DNA of 64,000 bases from an uncultured delta proteobacterium (GCA_963746605.1 CAVVCH010000051.1:6136-70135); one strand, 5' to 3'. Counted from the stretch's first letter, positions 9,207 through 19,556 are shown. A program made the numbers and translations. Notes: generated by a model not told the origin, from the sequence alone.

Positions 9207-9934
9207 ATGAAAGAGAAGATCGTGGGCATCATCGGGGGGCTCGGACCGGAGGCCACCGTGGATCTCATGAGACGGGTTATCCAGGCCACGCCGGCCAGTG
9301 ATGACCAGGACCATATCCGCATGATCGTTGACTGCAATCCCAAGGTCCCTTCACGCATGAAGGCCATCCTGGAAGGGACCGGAGAAGACCCGGCCCCCTA
9401 CCTGGTAATCATGGCCAAAGACCTGGCGGCCTGGGGGGCGGATTTCCTGGCTATCGCCTGCAACACGGCGCATCTCTATCTTGGACCGGATCCAAGAGGC
9501 CGTTCCCATTCCGGTGCTCAACATGATCGATTTAACGGTCGATCAAGGTGGTCTCGGAAAATCCCGTTATCCGGAAAGCGGGTCTGCTGGCCTCTTGGAC
9601 CGTGATCCGGCCCGGACTTTACGAATCCGCCTTTCGAGAAGAGAGGGATCGCTCTGCTCCACCCCTCTCCAGCGCTGCAGGATCGGCTGCTGACCGCCAT
9701 CCGCCGAATTAAGACCGGTCACTACGGGCTGCCGGAAAGGGAGGCGCTCGAGGATGCCGGGAGGGAATCTGGTGGATCAGGGGGCCGCAAGCCCTGATCA
9801 TTGCCTGTACGGAACTCTCGGTGATAGCGGATGGACTCCAGATGAAGACCAGAATCTTCGATGCCTCCCAGGTCCTGGCCGAAGCCATAGTCCAGACGGT
9901 GAAGGGAGGAAACACCGAGACCATTCGATCTTAG
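9207..9934 (+). pseudogene. Aspartate/glutamate racemase family protein, frameshifted as given (several indels 9480-9660)
   Basis: GIIGGLGPEATVD, AIACNTAH (first Cys) and, in a shifted frame, LIIACTELS (second Cys) and FDASQVLAEAIV. Confidence 0.8.
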
Positions 9935-9940
9935 GGAGTC

Positions 9941-10402
9941 TTACTGGGTAGTACGGGAAATGAATTCATCCATCCTGAGGTCCCGGGCCTTCTGAAGTTC
10001 CATGAATTTTTGAATTTGTTCCACTGTCAAAATCGGGCGCACTTCTCTGTAAATCTGAGCGCGCTGCACGGCCAGTTCGGCCGCAATGGTTGACACTTTC
10101 TCGACTTGGGCCTTGATGGCGTCTTCACTCCAGGATTCCGATTGGATCAGATCCCTCAAGGCGCGGCGTTCCATGATAAACTGGTTCCTCAGAGGTTGGA
10201 TTGCCGGTTTATGGGCTTTAATAATTTCCTTGATCTGCAGTTTCTGGTCCTCGGAGAGTCCCAGAGCGGCTATCATTTTTTTCATGGGTTCACCTCCCCA
10301 GGAACTCCCATGAAAACCGGCCAGGGCCGGAATTTGTAAAATAATCAAACTCATCGCTACCACAAAAGCGACCATTCCAAGATTCTTCACAGTTTTTTTC
10401 AT
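9941..10402 (-). CDS. Spy/CpxP-family periplasmic chaperone-like protein
   Basis: Signal peptide; LGLSEDQKLQI and ILTVEQIQKF LTxxQ-type motifs; helical. Confidence 0.8.
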   Translation of the reverse strand: MKKTVKNLGMVAFVVAMSLIILQIPALAGFHGSSWGGEPMKKMIAALGLSEDQKLQIKEIIKAHKPAIQPLRNQFIMERRALRDLIQSESWSEDAIKAQVEKVSTIAAELAVQRAQIYREVRPILTVEQIQKFMELQKARDLRMDEFISRTTQ

Positions 10403-10529
10403 TATGGTTTCCTCCTTGTTTGATTATTGGACTTTGACCGGACCAATAAGGTTAAAAAGCCCTTGGACAGGAACGAGAGAGCAATAAAATAGTTTTACAA
10501 AATCCCTTGATGATTTTATAAAAGAACCC

Positions 10530-11885
10530 ATGTCTGAATCCACTTCTCCGGCGTCCGGACAACCTGAAGGGGCCGCCGGTCCTCATCCAAAGGTCTTTTA
10601 CGGCTGGTGGATCGTGCTGGGGTGCACGGCCATCCTCTTTGTCTCCTCCGGTATCGGTTTTTACGGTCACGGTGTCATCCTGGATCCGTTGCGGGAACGG
10701 TACGGTTGGTCCAAGGGAGTCATCTCCTCCGCGGTCACCCTGTATTTTTTCACCGCCGGAATCATGGGCATGTTGATGGGGCGCTTTATCGATCGCTACG
10801 GACCCAGACCCGTACTGATCCTCGGCTCGGCGACCATGGGAATCGGTTTACTGCTTTTGAGCCGGGTAACGCAGCTCTGGCAGTTCTATGCCGTTTATAT
10901 TCTTATGGCCGTAGGCTGGAGCGGCACCTCTCTGATCCCCGTAGGGACGTTGGTCGCCAACTGGTTTATCCGCAAACGGGGATTGGCCATGAGCCTGACC
11001 ATGACCGGGCTGAGCCTGGGGGGGATGGTCCTCGTGCCCCTGGCAGCCTATCTCGTCTTCCATTGGGGTCTGCGAGTGACCTTGCCGATCCTGGGATCCC
11101 TTTATTGTCTGGCAGTCATCCCGACTGCGGTCTGGGTCATTAAGCAGCGTCCCTCGGATGTGGGTCAGCTCCCGGACGGTTCACCCCCCACCTCCTCAAG
11201 GGGGAAGCCGGGCCGACCAACCCGCTATGCCTCTCAGTGGCGGGTCTGGACCCGGGCCGAAGCCCTGCGGACTACCGCCTTCTGGGCGATCGTCACGGCG
11301 TTTATGCTGGCCCTGAGCGGTCAGGTTGCTTTTCTGGTCCATCAGGTGTCGTTTCTGAGCCAGACCTTGGGGCCGAAGGGCGCCGCTTTGGCGGTAAGCG
11401 TGACGGCCGGCGCCAGCATCATCGGCCGCCTGTTCCTGGGATCGATCGCCGACCGCTCCGACAAGCGGTTCCTGGCCATGGTCTGTTTTCTTATCCAGGC
11501 CGGGGCCGTCCTTTCTATGGCCTATTTCCGTTCCGTGGGGGTCCTCTACCTCGGGACCTTGGGTTTTGGTCTGACCATGGGCGGGATCGTTATGCTGCAG
11601 CCGCTGCTCATCGGCGAGTGCTTCGGGCTGGTCTCTTTCGGCACGATAACGGGTTTGGCCGGGCTCTTTTCGGTTTCGGGGGCGGCCTTCGGGCCGGTTA
11701 TCGCCGGTCTGATTTTTGATGCCACCCGGGATTATCGGATCGCCTTTACCATTTTTGCCACGGCCAGCTTAGTGGCCATGGTGGCGGTCTTATTTGCCCG
11801 GCCGCCGGTTCGCCCCTTCGTCTCCGAAACGGAGACCCCTGATGGCCGGTCGAGCTCTGAACCGGGCAAGGGAAAATTCATGTGA
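10530..11885 (+). CDS. MFS transporter (monocarboxylate / oxalate-formate antiporter-like)
   Basis: About 12 TM helices; GRFIDRYGPR motif A; FYGWWIV N-terminus; GSIADRSDKR. Confidence 0.9.
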   Translation: MSESTSPASGQPEGAAGPHPKVFYGWWIVLGCTAILFVSSGIGFYGHGVILDPLRERYGWSKGVISSAVTLYFFTAGIMGMLMGRFIDRYGPRPVLILGSATMGIGLLLLSRVTQLWQFYAVYILMAVGWSGTSLIPVGTLVANWFIRKRGLAMSLTMTGLSLGGMVLVPLAAYLVFHWGLRVTLPILGSLYCLAVIPTAVWVIKQRPSDVGQLPDGSPPTSSRGKPGRPTRYASQWRVWTRAEALRTTAFWAIVTAFMLALSGQVAFLVHQVSFLSQTLGPKGAALAVSVTAGASIIGRLFLGSIADRSDKRFLAMVCFLIQAGAVLSMAYFRSVGVLYLGTLGFGLTMGGIVMLQPLLIGECFGLVSFGTITGLAGLFSVSGAAFGPVIAGLIFDATRDYRIAFTIFATASLVAMVAVLFARPPVRPFVSETETPDGRSSSEPGKGKFM

Positions 11886-12062
11886 AGGGCCGGGCCGTTC
11901 GTATACTTTTTTATTGATTTCTCTATTGGATTCTTGCATTGATAAGAGCGGTTCAGTTGGCGCCTGTCCTTATTTAAATGAAACGCCGGGGTAGCGGGCG
12001 TTGTTCCTTCGGTTTCGCTTTTAATTTTTTTACCGGTCAAACCTTGGAAGTGGAAACCAACC

Positions 12063-12897
12063 ATGAGTGAGAAAGTCGGTTCTCATCAGGGGATTCTGTC
12101 GTGTCGAAGGATTAAGTAAGGATTTCGGTGCACTAAGGGCCGTTAATCAAGTAACCCTTGAGGTTGAATCCGGCGTTCATTCCATTATCGGGCCTAACGG
12201 CGCCGGTAAAACGACGTTATTTAACCTGCTGACCGGATTTCTGAAACCGGACGAAGGAAGGATCTTCTACCAGGGAAGAGATATCACCCACCTCGAGCCT
12301 TTCGCGATTTCGCAGTTGGGCATGGCCCGCTCTTTTCAGATCACCAGCATCTTTCCCGAATTGACCGTTCACGAAAATATTCGCTTGGCCCTGGCTCATT
12401 TGCCGTTGAATCTCCAATCCCAGATGGTTTTTTATTACTTCCTGCTTCGTTCGGTGATCCTTTCGGCCCTGATTCTCATCCGGGTGGTCAATTCCCCCTT
12501 CGGGAAGACCTTGCAGGCCCAACGGGAAAATCGGAATCGGGCCATGAGCATCGGCTATGATGTCGATCGCTTCAAGCTGACCGCTTTTATTATCTCCGCC
12601 TTCTTCTCCGGGCTGGCCGGGGGTTTTTATGCCCTCCTGCTGAACTTTGTCCCCTTGAGTTCACTCCATTGGACCAATTCAGGAGAAGTGGTGGTCATGA
12701 CCATTACCGGAGGCCTGGGAACACTTTTCGGTCCGGTCTTAGGCGCCGTGGGCGTCATTCTCTTGCGGGATATCATCAGCAACTACACCGAAAGTTGGAC
12801 TTTTATTATGGGGATCCTCTTTATGGCCGCCGTCCTGGGATTCAGAAGCGGCCTGATCGGCATCCTGCGGACGAAGCTTAGACTGACTATTTATTAA
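12063..12897 (+). pseudogene. Chimera of a LivG-type ABC ATPase N-terminus and a LivM-type permease C-terminus
   Basis: Walker A GPNGAGKTT and ARSFQITSIFPELTVHENIRLA join in frame to FYYF..NSPFGKTLQAQREN..GGLGTLFGPVLGA; no Walker B or ABC signature; extra base near 12099 after MSEKVGSHQGIL. Confidence 0.75.
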
Positions 12898-13006
12898 TAA
12901 ATGGGCCTAGGGCAGGTAAGTTTCGTTATATGGGTCGGAAGGATAAAGGCTTGATGGTTCTGGTCAAACCGTTCTTTCAGTTCGAGGATTACAGGGGGAA
13001 GAGCGA

Positions 13007-14284
13007 TCATTTCTTTTTTTCCGACTTTTGTTTTTGAGGCGGCCCGAATAGTCGCCACAGGGCGTCCACGGGCAAGGCCTGTAATCGGGGGCCAAAAGGA
13101 ATAGGTTCTGCCCCGGTATAAAGGACCAGGCCCCGATGAAATCGTTTCCCCACTTCCTCGGCCAGAAATTTTAGAGATTTAAAGTCATGGGCATCCACTG
13201 TTGCGCTGGCTTTGATTTCGATACCCACCAATCGTCCCTGGGCATCTTCCAGGATGATATCTACCTCCTGGCCAGTTTGGGTGCGGAAATGAAATAATTG
13301 GGGCTGTGTCCGGCTCCATGAAATTTGTTTCCGAAGTTCCATCACCACAAAATTTTCAAGAAGAGGCCCGATATGGGGAGTATCGACGCTATCATGCTCC
13401 GACCTGAATCCTAATAGATGAGCCATCAAACCCGAGTCAGTGAAGAATATTTTAAAGGATTTTACCAACCTTTTACTCAGGTTTCCCGACCAGGACGGGA
13501 GCGTTTGGATCAAGAAGGTGGTCTCCAACAGACTCAGATACCGTTTAAGTGTCGTTTGGGGAATAGCGGTACTTCGGGAAAGTTCGGAGAAATTGAGCAG
13601 AGAGGTACTTCGAACCGCCAAAAGAGAGAGCAGCCTGGGCAACAGGGTAAGGCCTTCTATCTGGGCCAGATCGCGCACTTCCCGTTGCAGAATAGTGGTA
13701 ACATAGGAATTGAACCAGGCCTTGCGGCGGGATTCCCGGGATCGGCCGAGAATCTCCGGGAAACCTCCCGGCAAAACCATTTTATTCAGGAGATCAGCCC
13801 GGGTTGCCGGTTTTCCAGTCCAGGCCGGTAAATTGTCACTGAAAATTCCATCAATAAAGCCTTCCGATACCCCTTCTTTTTCGCCCTGAGAAAAGGGCCA
13901 GAGGGTAAGAATTTCCATCCTTCCCACCAGGGATTGGGAAAGATGGGGAAGAAACAGGACATTGGCTGATCCGGTGAGCAGAAACCGACCGGGTCGGCGC
14001 CGGCGGTCCACTTCGGCCTTTATGGCCAGGAAGAGATCCGGCACCCTTTGGACTTCATCCAGGACAACGGAGCCCTCCAGACCGGCCAGAAACCCGGCAG
14101 GATCATGACGGGCGGCCGACAACACATTCCCATCATCAAAAGTCAGGTAACGGGCGAGATGTTCTCCGGAGGCCAACCAGCGAACCAGTGTACTTTTCCC
14201 GGTTTGACGAGCCCCGACCAACATGACTACCGGGGTATCGGCTAGAGCTTCCAAAAGAAGAGGGGTGATGTTTCGTCGAATCAT
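13007..14284 (-). CDS. AAA+ ATPase with C-terminal DUF4143 / PD-(D/E)xK-like domain
   Basis: GARQTGKST Walker A, VLDEVQRVP Walker B, LLTGSA, C-terminal EVDIILE..IEIKAS. Confidence 0.85.
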   Translation of the reverse strand: MIRRNITPLLLEALADTPVVMLVGARQTGKSTLVRWLASGEHLARYLTFDDGNVLSAARHDPAGFLAGLEGSVVLDEVQRVPDLFLAIKAEVDRRRRPGRFLLTGSANVLFLPHLSQSLVGRMEILTLWPFSQGEKEGVSEGFIDGIFSDNLPAWTGKPATRADLLNKMVLPGGFPEILGRSRESRRKAWFNSYVTTILQREVRDLAQIEGLTLLPRLLSLLAVRSTSLLNFSELSRSTAIPQTTLKRYLSLLETTFLIQTLPSWSGNLSKRLVKSFKIFFTDSGLMAHLLGFRSEHDSVDTPHIGPLLENFVVMELRKQISWSRTQPQLFHFRTQTGQEVDIILEDAQGRLVGIEIKASATVDAHDFKSLKFLAEEVGKRFHRGLVLYTGAEPIPFGPRLQALPVDALWRLFGPPQKQKSEKKK

Positions 14285-14412
14285 GGTTAAATATTATCCA
14301 TTTAATGGTTAATTTTCAACCATAAAAAATATCCGTTTTACGGCATTTACAAATTATTTCCTTTATTCCCTGATTATCAATATAATACCATCATACCGCT
14401 ATGGAGGGAAAA

Positions 14413-14697
14413 ATGCCGGCCTACGTCATCGGACATATCACAGTCAAAGACCCTGAAAAGTGGGCGGAATACCGTGGACAGGTTCCCGCCACCCTTGCGC
14501 CGTGGGGGGGCGAGGTCATCCTTCGGGGGCGGCGGATCACCGTCTTGAGCGGCGAGCACCCCTACAGCGACACGGTGGTGATTCAATTTCCCGACGCGGC
14601 CGCCATCGCCGCATGGTACCGATCGCCGGCCTATCAAGCGCTGATTCCGCTTCGCTCTCAGGCGGCCGAGATGGTCTTGATCAGCTACGAATCGTAG
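14413..14697 (+). CDS. DUF1330 family protein
   Basis: MPAYVIGHITVKDPEKWAEY..WGGEVILRG..VVIQFPD..AWYRSPAYQAL..R; GGAGG RBS upstream. Confidence 0.85.
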   Translation: MPAYVIGHITVKDPEKWAEYRGQVPATLAPWGGEVILRGRRITVLSGEHPYSDTVVIQFPDAAAIAAWYRSPAYQALIPLRSQAAEMVLISYES

Positions 14698-14707
14698 GTG
14701 AGGAGGA

Positions 14708-15553
14708 ATGAACCACCGGGAGGGAACTTTTAAAACGGGGCAGGGGACCAACCTTTTTTACCAGGGCTGGTTGCCGGCAGGGCCGCCTGCCGCCGTATTG
14801 CTGATCGTCCACGGATTAGCCGAGCACAGCGGACGATACGGGAATGTGGTCAATCATTTTGTCCCGCGGGGATATGCTGTGTACGGAATCGATCATCCGG
14901 GGCATGGCCGATCGGATGGCCCCAGGGCTTACGTGGAACGGTTTCAGGATTTTTTGGATCCGCTTCAGGTTTTCCTGGACCGGATACGAGATTGGCAGCC
15001 AGGGACTCCGATTTTTCTGGTTGGGCACAGCCTGGGAGGGCTAATCAGCGCGGCGTACCTGCTCGATCAGCCGGATGAACCGGCCGGGGCCATTCTTTCC
15101 GCTCCGAGCGTCAAAATGCCCGGCTCGGTTTCGACGCCGACCCTCTTGGCCGGTAAAGTGCTTTCCACCCTTCTGCCGAGGCTGGGGCTGGTCCGGCTGG
15201 AGGCGGAAGGGGTAAGCCGGGATCCGGCCGTGGTCCGGGCATACTGCAACGACCCCCTGGTATTCAGGGGAAAGGTCACGGCTCGGTTAGGAACCGAACT
15301 ACTCAAGGCCATGAACCGGGTTTTGTCCGAGGCCCGGAAGATCAGACTGCCGCTTTTGATTCTACAGGGTGCCGCAGACAGACTGGTGGACCCCACGGGT
15401 GCCCAGGTGTTATTTGACCGGGTCGGCTCCCGCGATAAAACCATCAAGATGTACGAGGGCCTTTACCACGAAGTTTTCAATGAGCCGGAACATGACCGGG
15501 TGTTAGGCGATGTGGAAAAATGGTTAGCCGGGCAACTCGAATCGCGACCGTAG
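14708..15553 (+). CDS. Alpha/beta hydrolase, lysophospholipase / monoacylglycerol lipase family
   Basis: VHGLAEHSGRY, DHPGHGRSDG, GHSLGG nucleophile elbow and GLYHEVFNE. Confidence 0.9.
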   Translation: MNHREGTFKTGQGTNLFYQGWLPAGPPAAVLLIVHGLAEHSGRYGNVVNHFVPRGYAVYGIDHPGHGRSDGPRAYVERFQDFLDPLQVFLDRIRDWQPGTPIFLVGHSLGGLISAAYLLDQPDEPAGAILSAPSVKMPGSVSTPTLLAGKVLSTLLPRLGLVRLEAEGVSRDPAVVRAYCNDPLVFRGKVTARLGTELLKAMNRVLSEARKIRLPLLILQGAADRLVDPTGAQVLFDRVGSRDKTIKMYEGLYHEVFNEPEHDRVLGDVEKWLAGQLESRP

Positions 15554-15714
15554 AAAAAAGGTTGTTCTGGCCGGTCCGGAGTCCCTTTGGAAAATCCTTT
15601 CTCCGAAACTTGGTGGCCATACCCGATATGAGGGATACCTACCCAAGAGGACGAAGCCTCACCTTTGATGACCTCGCAAGAAGTCCCGAACTGCCATCCT
15701 GAACCCTTCGCCTG

Positions 15715-15826
15715 TTGTCATCCTGAACGAAGTGAAGGATCTCGTTTTTCAGCTTTGGGTAAACCCCCTGAAGGATCCGTGAACTAGTAAAGAAACAAGA
15801 TTCTTCGCATTCGCTCAGAATGACAA
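15715..15826. repeat. TTGTCATCCTGA...TCAGAATGACAA palindromic (REP-like) element
   Basis: Left arm GTCATCCTGAACGAAGTGAAGGATCTC, right arm AGATTCTTCGCATTCGCTCAGAATGAC; partial extra copy near 15691. Confidence 0.75.
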
Positions 15827-15833
15827 ACTCTCC

Positions 15834-16104
15834 CTACGGGATTTTCCCGAGTCCGTCAAAGAAGAATTCACGATCCCTCATCGGTTGCCAACAGCAACAT
15901 TTCGGCTCCCAGTATGGCTGTTTTTTGCGCCGGGGTAGAAACCGGGTTGTTTTTGAAAATCAGAGGAAGAAAAATAAACGCCGGCAGTGCCGATAGACGC
16001 TGGGAATCGGAATCGGCGGTCCACCCCGGGTTTGCTACCAGGAGGTTGGCTGCTAAAAACCCTAGTAAAAAAAGGTAGAAAAATTTTCTTTTCAGGCGTT
16101 TCAT
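15834..16104 (-). CDS. Small exported hypothetical protein (probable indel near 15878)
   Basis: Basic N-terminus plus hydrophobic signal; FIFLPLIFKN motif; as given it stops at 15868, and one base removed extends it to DEDREFFFDGLGKIP-stop. Confidence 0.45.
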
Positions 16105-16500
16105 GGCCCCAGCACCAATCCGGTTATTTTGCGGCAATCGGCCGCTTGACAACCAATCGGATTATCGATCTGAATTGATATCAAAAAAAATGGTAACGGT
16201 TTTTCCCAGGGCCATCGCGGTATTCAGCAACACCAGGTACCGGTTGGCATTCGCCGTAGTGGTAGCCGTGGTACCAATCTCAATGGCGAAAGATGAAAGA
16301 CCTCCCGGGGGGGTTGCACATGAAACCACAACGCGAGGTACCCCTGGAATGGAATTGCTATCCTGTTCCAACGAGGCCACAGTGTTGACAATGCATGGAA
16401 AAATATCCACGGTCACGGCGCCCAGTGTTCCGACCAAGGGAAGCGATAGAAGGGTAAAGATAAAAAGCAGGGTCCCCGATAAAAATAAGTTTTTCTTCAT
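16101..16500 (-). CDS. Small secreted Cys-containing hypothetical protein (probable indel near 16165)
   Basis: Signal peptide; shifted frame continues DNPIGCQAADCRKITGLVLGP-TGA, whose stop overlaps the ATG of the next gene (ATGA). Confidence 0.55.
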
Positions 16501-16541
16501 AGTCCGGTTTCTCCTTTCGTTAAAGCAACTAAACTCCTGGT

Positions 16542-17483
16542 CTAATTCACCCGCCCCCCGCTTTCCAGGAACTTCACAGCGGAATCGGCGGCCGTGGCCC
16601 CGTCCCCGGCGGCGGTGACGATCTGCCGCAACGTCTTAACCACCACATCCCCGGCGGCAAAAATTCCGGGGATGGAAGTTTCCAGACGAGGGTTGACCTT
16701 GATGAAACCCTCTTCATCCAGGTCCAGCAGTCCGTCGAATAATTCGGAGTTGGGTTTCATGCCGATGCCGACAAATATCCCGTCCGTTTCAAAGACCTGC
16801 TGTTTTCCCGTTTCCTTGTCCTTGAGTTGAAGGGAACGGACCTGTTCCCCTTCGCCCTGAACACCCTCCACCTCCCGGTTCAGGAGGATCCGTATTTTGG
16901 GATTGGTCGCGGCCGCTTCCTGGACGGACTGTTCGGCCCGGAGCTTGGTTCCCTTGTAAATAACGGTCACCTCTTCGGCGTAGCGGGAGACGTACAAGGC
17001 GGCATGCAGGGCCGAATTCCCGCCGCCGATTACGCTGGCCTTGGCTTTTTTCATGGCCTGGAAGACCGGGGCGTCGCAATGGGCGCAATAGTAGATGCCC
17101 CGGCCCCGGTATTCCTTTTCTCCGGGGACATCCATATTGATAGGAGAGGAGCCGGTGGCGATGATCAGCGACCGACCGGTGTATTCCCGCTCGTCGGTGG
17201 AGACCCGGATCCCCTCTCCTGCCCGGGTAATTCGAAGGGCGTTCTTCAGGACCCTTTCCACTCCCAAGACATCCACCTGCCGGATCATGCTCATCATGAG
17301 CATGGCCCCGGAAACCCCGTCGGGGAAACCCGGGTAATTGCCCACATGTTCATAATTCACCGGATTACCGCCGGGGTTTTCCCCCAGGATGAGGGTCTTC
17401 ACCCTGGCCCGGCCGGCATAAAGTCCGGCTGTCAACCCTGCCGGCCCGGATCCCAGAATAATCAGGTCATAATCCTTGTCCAT
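16542..17483 (-). CDS. trxB: Thioredoxin-disulfide reductase
   Basis: GSGPAGLTAG FAD motif, YCAHCD CxxC, GGGNSA NADPH motif, IFAAGDV. Confidence 0.9.
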   Translation of the reverse strand: MDKDYDLIILGSGPAGLTAGLYAGRARVKTLILGENPGGNPVNYEHVGNYPGFPDGVSGAMLMMSMIRQVDVLGVERVLKNALRITRAGEGIRVSTDEREYTGRSLIIATGSSPINMDVPGEKEYRGRGIYYCAHCDAPVFQAMKKAKASVIGGGNSALHAALYVSRYAEEVTVIYKGTKLRAEQSVQEAAATNPKIRILLNREVEGVQGEGEQVRSLQLKDKETGKQQVFETDGIFVGIGMKPNSELFDGLLDLDEEGFIKVNPRLETSIPGIFAAGDVVVKTLRQIVTAAGDGATAADSAVKFLESGGRVN

Positions 17484-17778
17484 AGGGTGCTCCTTCGATT
17501 AATCTCTAATGGGGATCAATTCGCCTACGCCTTCCTGTTTTCGACGATAAAAGTAGTTTAATTATGGTCCTCCCCCTGAAAAAGTCAATCCCCAATTGTG
17601 GCCCTGGGGAGGGGACGCGAAATACCGAACACCTTATAATTCTTGCTAATAAGATAATAATCATGGTAAAGATTTGAACGAGAAAAAAGATTGACACTTT
17701 CGCCTATTCCGATTTAGTTATAAAATAGCTTTTTGAGATTCCGTGGAAGGACCGAAGCTGGATAAAAGAGAGGTGGTT

Positions 17779-19464
17779 ATGTCCAAAATGTTTAAAGACG
17801 ATCAGATTCAAAAATCTGAACAGGGGAAGGTCGCCTGGCAAAAAGAGTTGGACCAGCGTCTGGCCAAGCACCCGGAATGGAAAAAAAGATTCTCCACCGT
17901 CTCGGACCTGGAAATCAAGAATATCTACACCCCGGAAGATATCAAAGACCTGGATTTTGAACAGGACCTGGGCTATCCCTGTTTTTATCCGTACACCCGG
18001 GGCGTTCAGTTGTCCATGTACCGGGGGCGTCTTTGGACCATGCGCATGTTTGCCGGGCTGGGTTCGGCGGAAGACACCAACCGGCGGTTTCATTATCTGG
18101 TGGAACAGGGGCAGACCGGGTTGAGCGTGGCCTTTGACATGCCCACCCTGATGGGCTACGACACCGATTCCCCCAAGGCCCGGGGCGAGATGGGTAAATG
18201 CGGGGTAGCCATCGACACCCTGAAGGACATGGAAATCCTGTTTGACGGACTGCCCATTGACCGCATCACCACTTCCATGACCATCAATCCTCCGGCCTCG
18301 ATTGTCTGGGCCATGTACATCGCCATGGCCGAGAACCGCGGAATCCACCGCAGCAAGATCGGCGGGACCATTCAGAACGATATGCTCAAGGAGTTTGCGG
18401 CGCAGAAGACCTTCATGTGTCCCATTCGTCCCTCCCTGCGACTGGTGACCGACACGGTGGAATTCGGGACCAAAGAAGTCCCCCGCTGGAATACCATCAG
18501 CATCAGCGGGTACCACATCCGGGAAGCAGGGGCCACGGCGGTTCAAGAGTTAGCCTTTACCCTGGCCGATGGACTGGCCTACGTGGAAGATGCCATCAAG
18601 CGGGGCTTGCAGGTGGATGATTTCGCCCCCCGGCTGTCTTTCTTCTTTGACGCCCATATCGATTTTTTTGAAGAGATCGCCAAATTTCGGGCGGCCCGGC
18701 GGATGTGGGCCCGTTTCATGAAGGATCGTTTCAAGGCCCAGAACTGGCGATCCCTGTGGCTCCGATTTCACACCCAGACGGCGGGTTGTTCCCTGACCGC
18801 CCAACAGCCCTATAATAACGTGATACGCACCACCATCGAGGGACTCTCGGCCGTCTTGGGCGGCACCCAGTCCCTGCACACCAATTCCCTGGATGAAGTC
18901 TTGGCCCTGCCCACCGAACAGGCGGCCACCATCGCCCTGCGCACCCAGCAGATCATCGCCGAGGAATCCGGTGTGATCAACACCATCGATCCCCTGGCCG
19001 GCTCCTATTTCATCGAGGCCCTGACCAACGAGATGGAGGAAAAGGCTCTGGAGTACATCCATAAGATTGATGAAATGGGTGGTATGGTCGAGGCCCTGGA
19101 CCGACACTTTCCACAAATGGAGATCGCCGAATCGGCTTACCAGTTTCAGCGCCAGTTGGACCGCCAGGAAAAGATTATGGTGGGGGTCAACCAATATGTG
19201 ACCCAGGATATTCTGAAGCCGGAAGTACTCCGGATCGACCCGGCCCTGGAAGAGACCCAGATCGCCCGGACCAACGAGATCAAAAACAGCCGGAATAACG
19301 TCCGGGTCCGGGAATGTCTGGCTAAGCTGGGGGAGGACTGCGTGAACAACCGCAATGTCATGGAGACGTTGATTGAGGCGGTCAAGGAACACGCCACCCT
19401 CCAGGAATGCTGCGACGTTTACCGCCAGGCGTTCGGGACGTATCGAGACCCGGGGATATTTTAA
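17779..19464 (+). CDS. icmA: B12-dependent acyl-CoA mutase large subunit, probably isobutyryl-CoA mutase
   Basis: YPYTRGV..WTMRMFAG, GLSVAFD, QNDMLKEFAAQ, ISISGYHIREAGA and SLHTNSLDE; Phe and Gln at the specificity positions; no B12 domain. Confidence 0.8.
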   Translation: MSKMFKDDQIQKSEQGKVAWQKELDQRLAKHPEWKKRFSTVSDLEIKNIYTPEDIKDLDFEQDLGYPCFYPYTRGVQLSMYRGRLWTMRMFAGLGSAEDTNRRFHYLVEQGQTGLSVAFDMPTLMGYDTDSPKARGEMGKCGVAIDTLKDMEILFDGLPIDRITTSMTINPPASIVWAMYIAMAENRGIHRSKIGGTIQNDMLKEFAAQKTFMCPIRPSLRLVTDTVEFGTKEVPRWNTISISGYHIREAGATAVQELAFTLADGLAYVEDAIKRGLQVDDFAPRLSFFFDAHIDFFEEIAKFRAARRMWARFMKDRFKAQNWRSLWLRFHTQTAGCSLTAQQPYNNVIRTTIEGLSAVLGGTQSLHTNSLDEVLALPTEQAATIALRTQQIIAEESGVINTIDPLAGSYFIEALTNEMEEKALEYIHKIDEMGGMVEALDRHFPQMEIAESAYQFQRQLDRQEKIMVGVNQYVTQDILKPEVLRIDPALEETQIARTNEIKNSRNNVRVRECLAKLGEDCVNNRNVMETLIEAVKEHATLQECCDVYRQAFGTYRDPGIF

Positions 19465-19469
19465 AAAAC

Positions 19470-19556
19470 AAATCCGAAATTCGAAGCACGAAATCCGAAA
19501 CAATAAACTTGGTCATTTGAATTTGTTTCGAATTTCGGATTTCGAGTTTCGAATTT
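19470..19556. repeat. Inverted repeat built from 7-bp units (AAATCCG / TTTCGGA family)
   Basis: AAATCCGAAATTCGAAGCACGAAATCCGAAAC...GTTTCGAATTTCGGATTTCGAGTTTCGAATTT; related copies at 32625 and 46901. Confidence 0.85.

Noticed and set aside
17779-19464. Default call as methylmalonyl-CoA mutase
   Set aside because: Phe/Gln replace the Tyr/Arg residues that bind the methylmalonyl carboxylate
19470-19556. Possible CRISPR array in the 7-bp periodic repeats
   Set aside because: No constant repeat with unique 25-45-bp spacers, and no cas genes in the window
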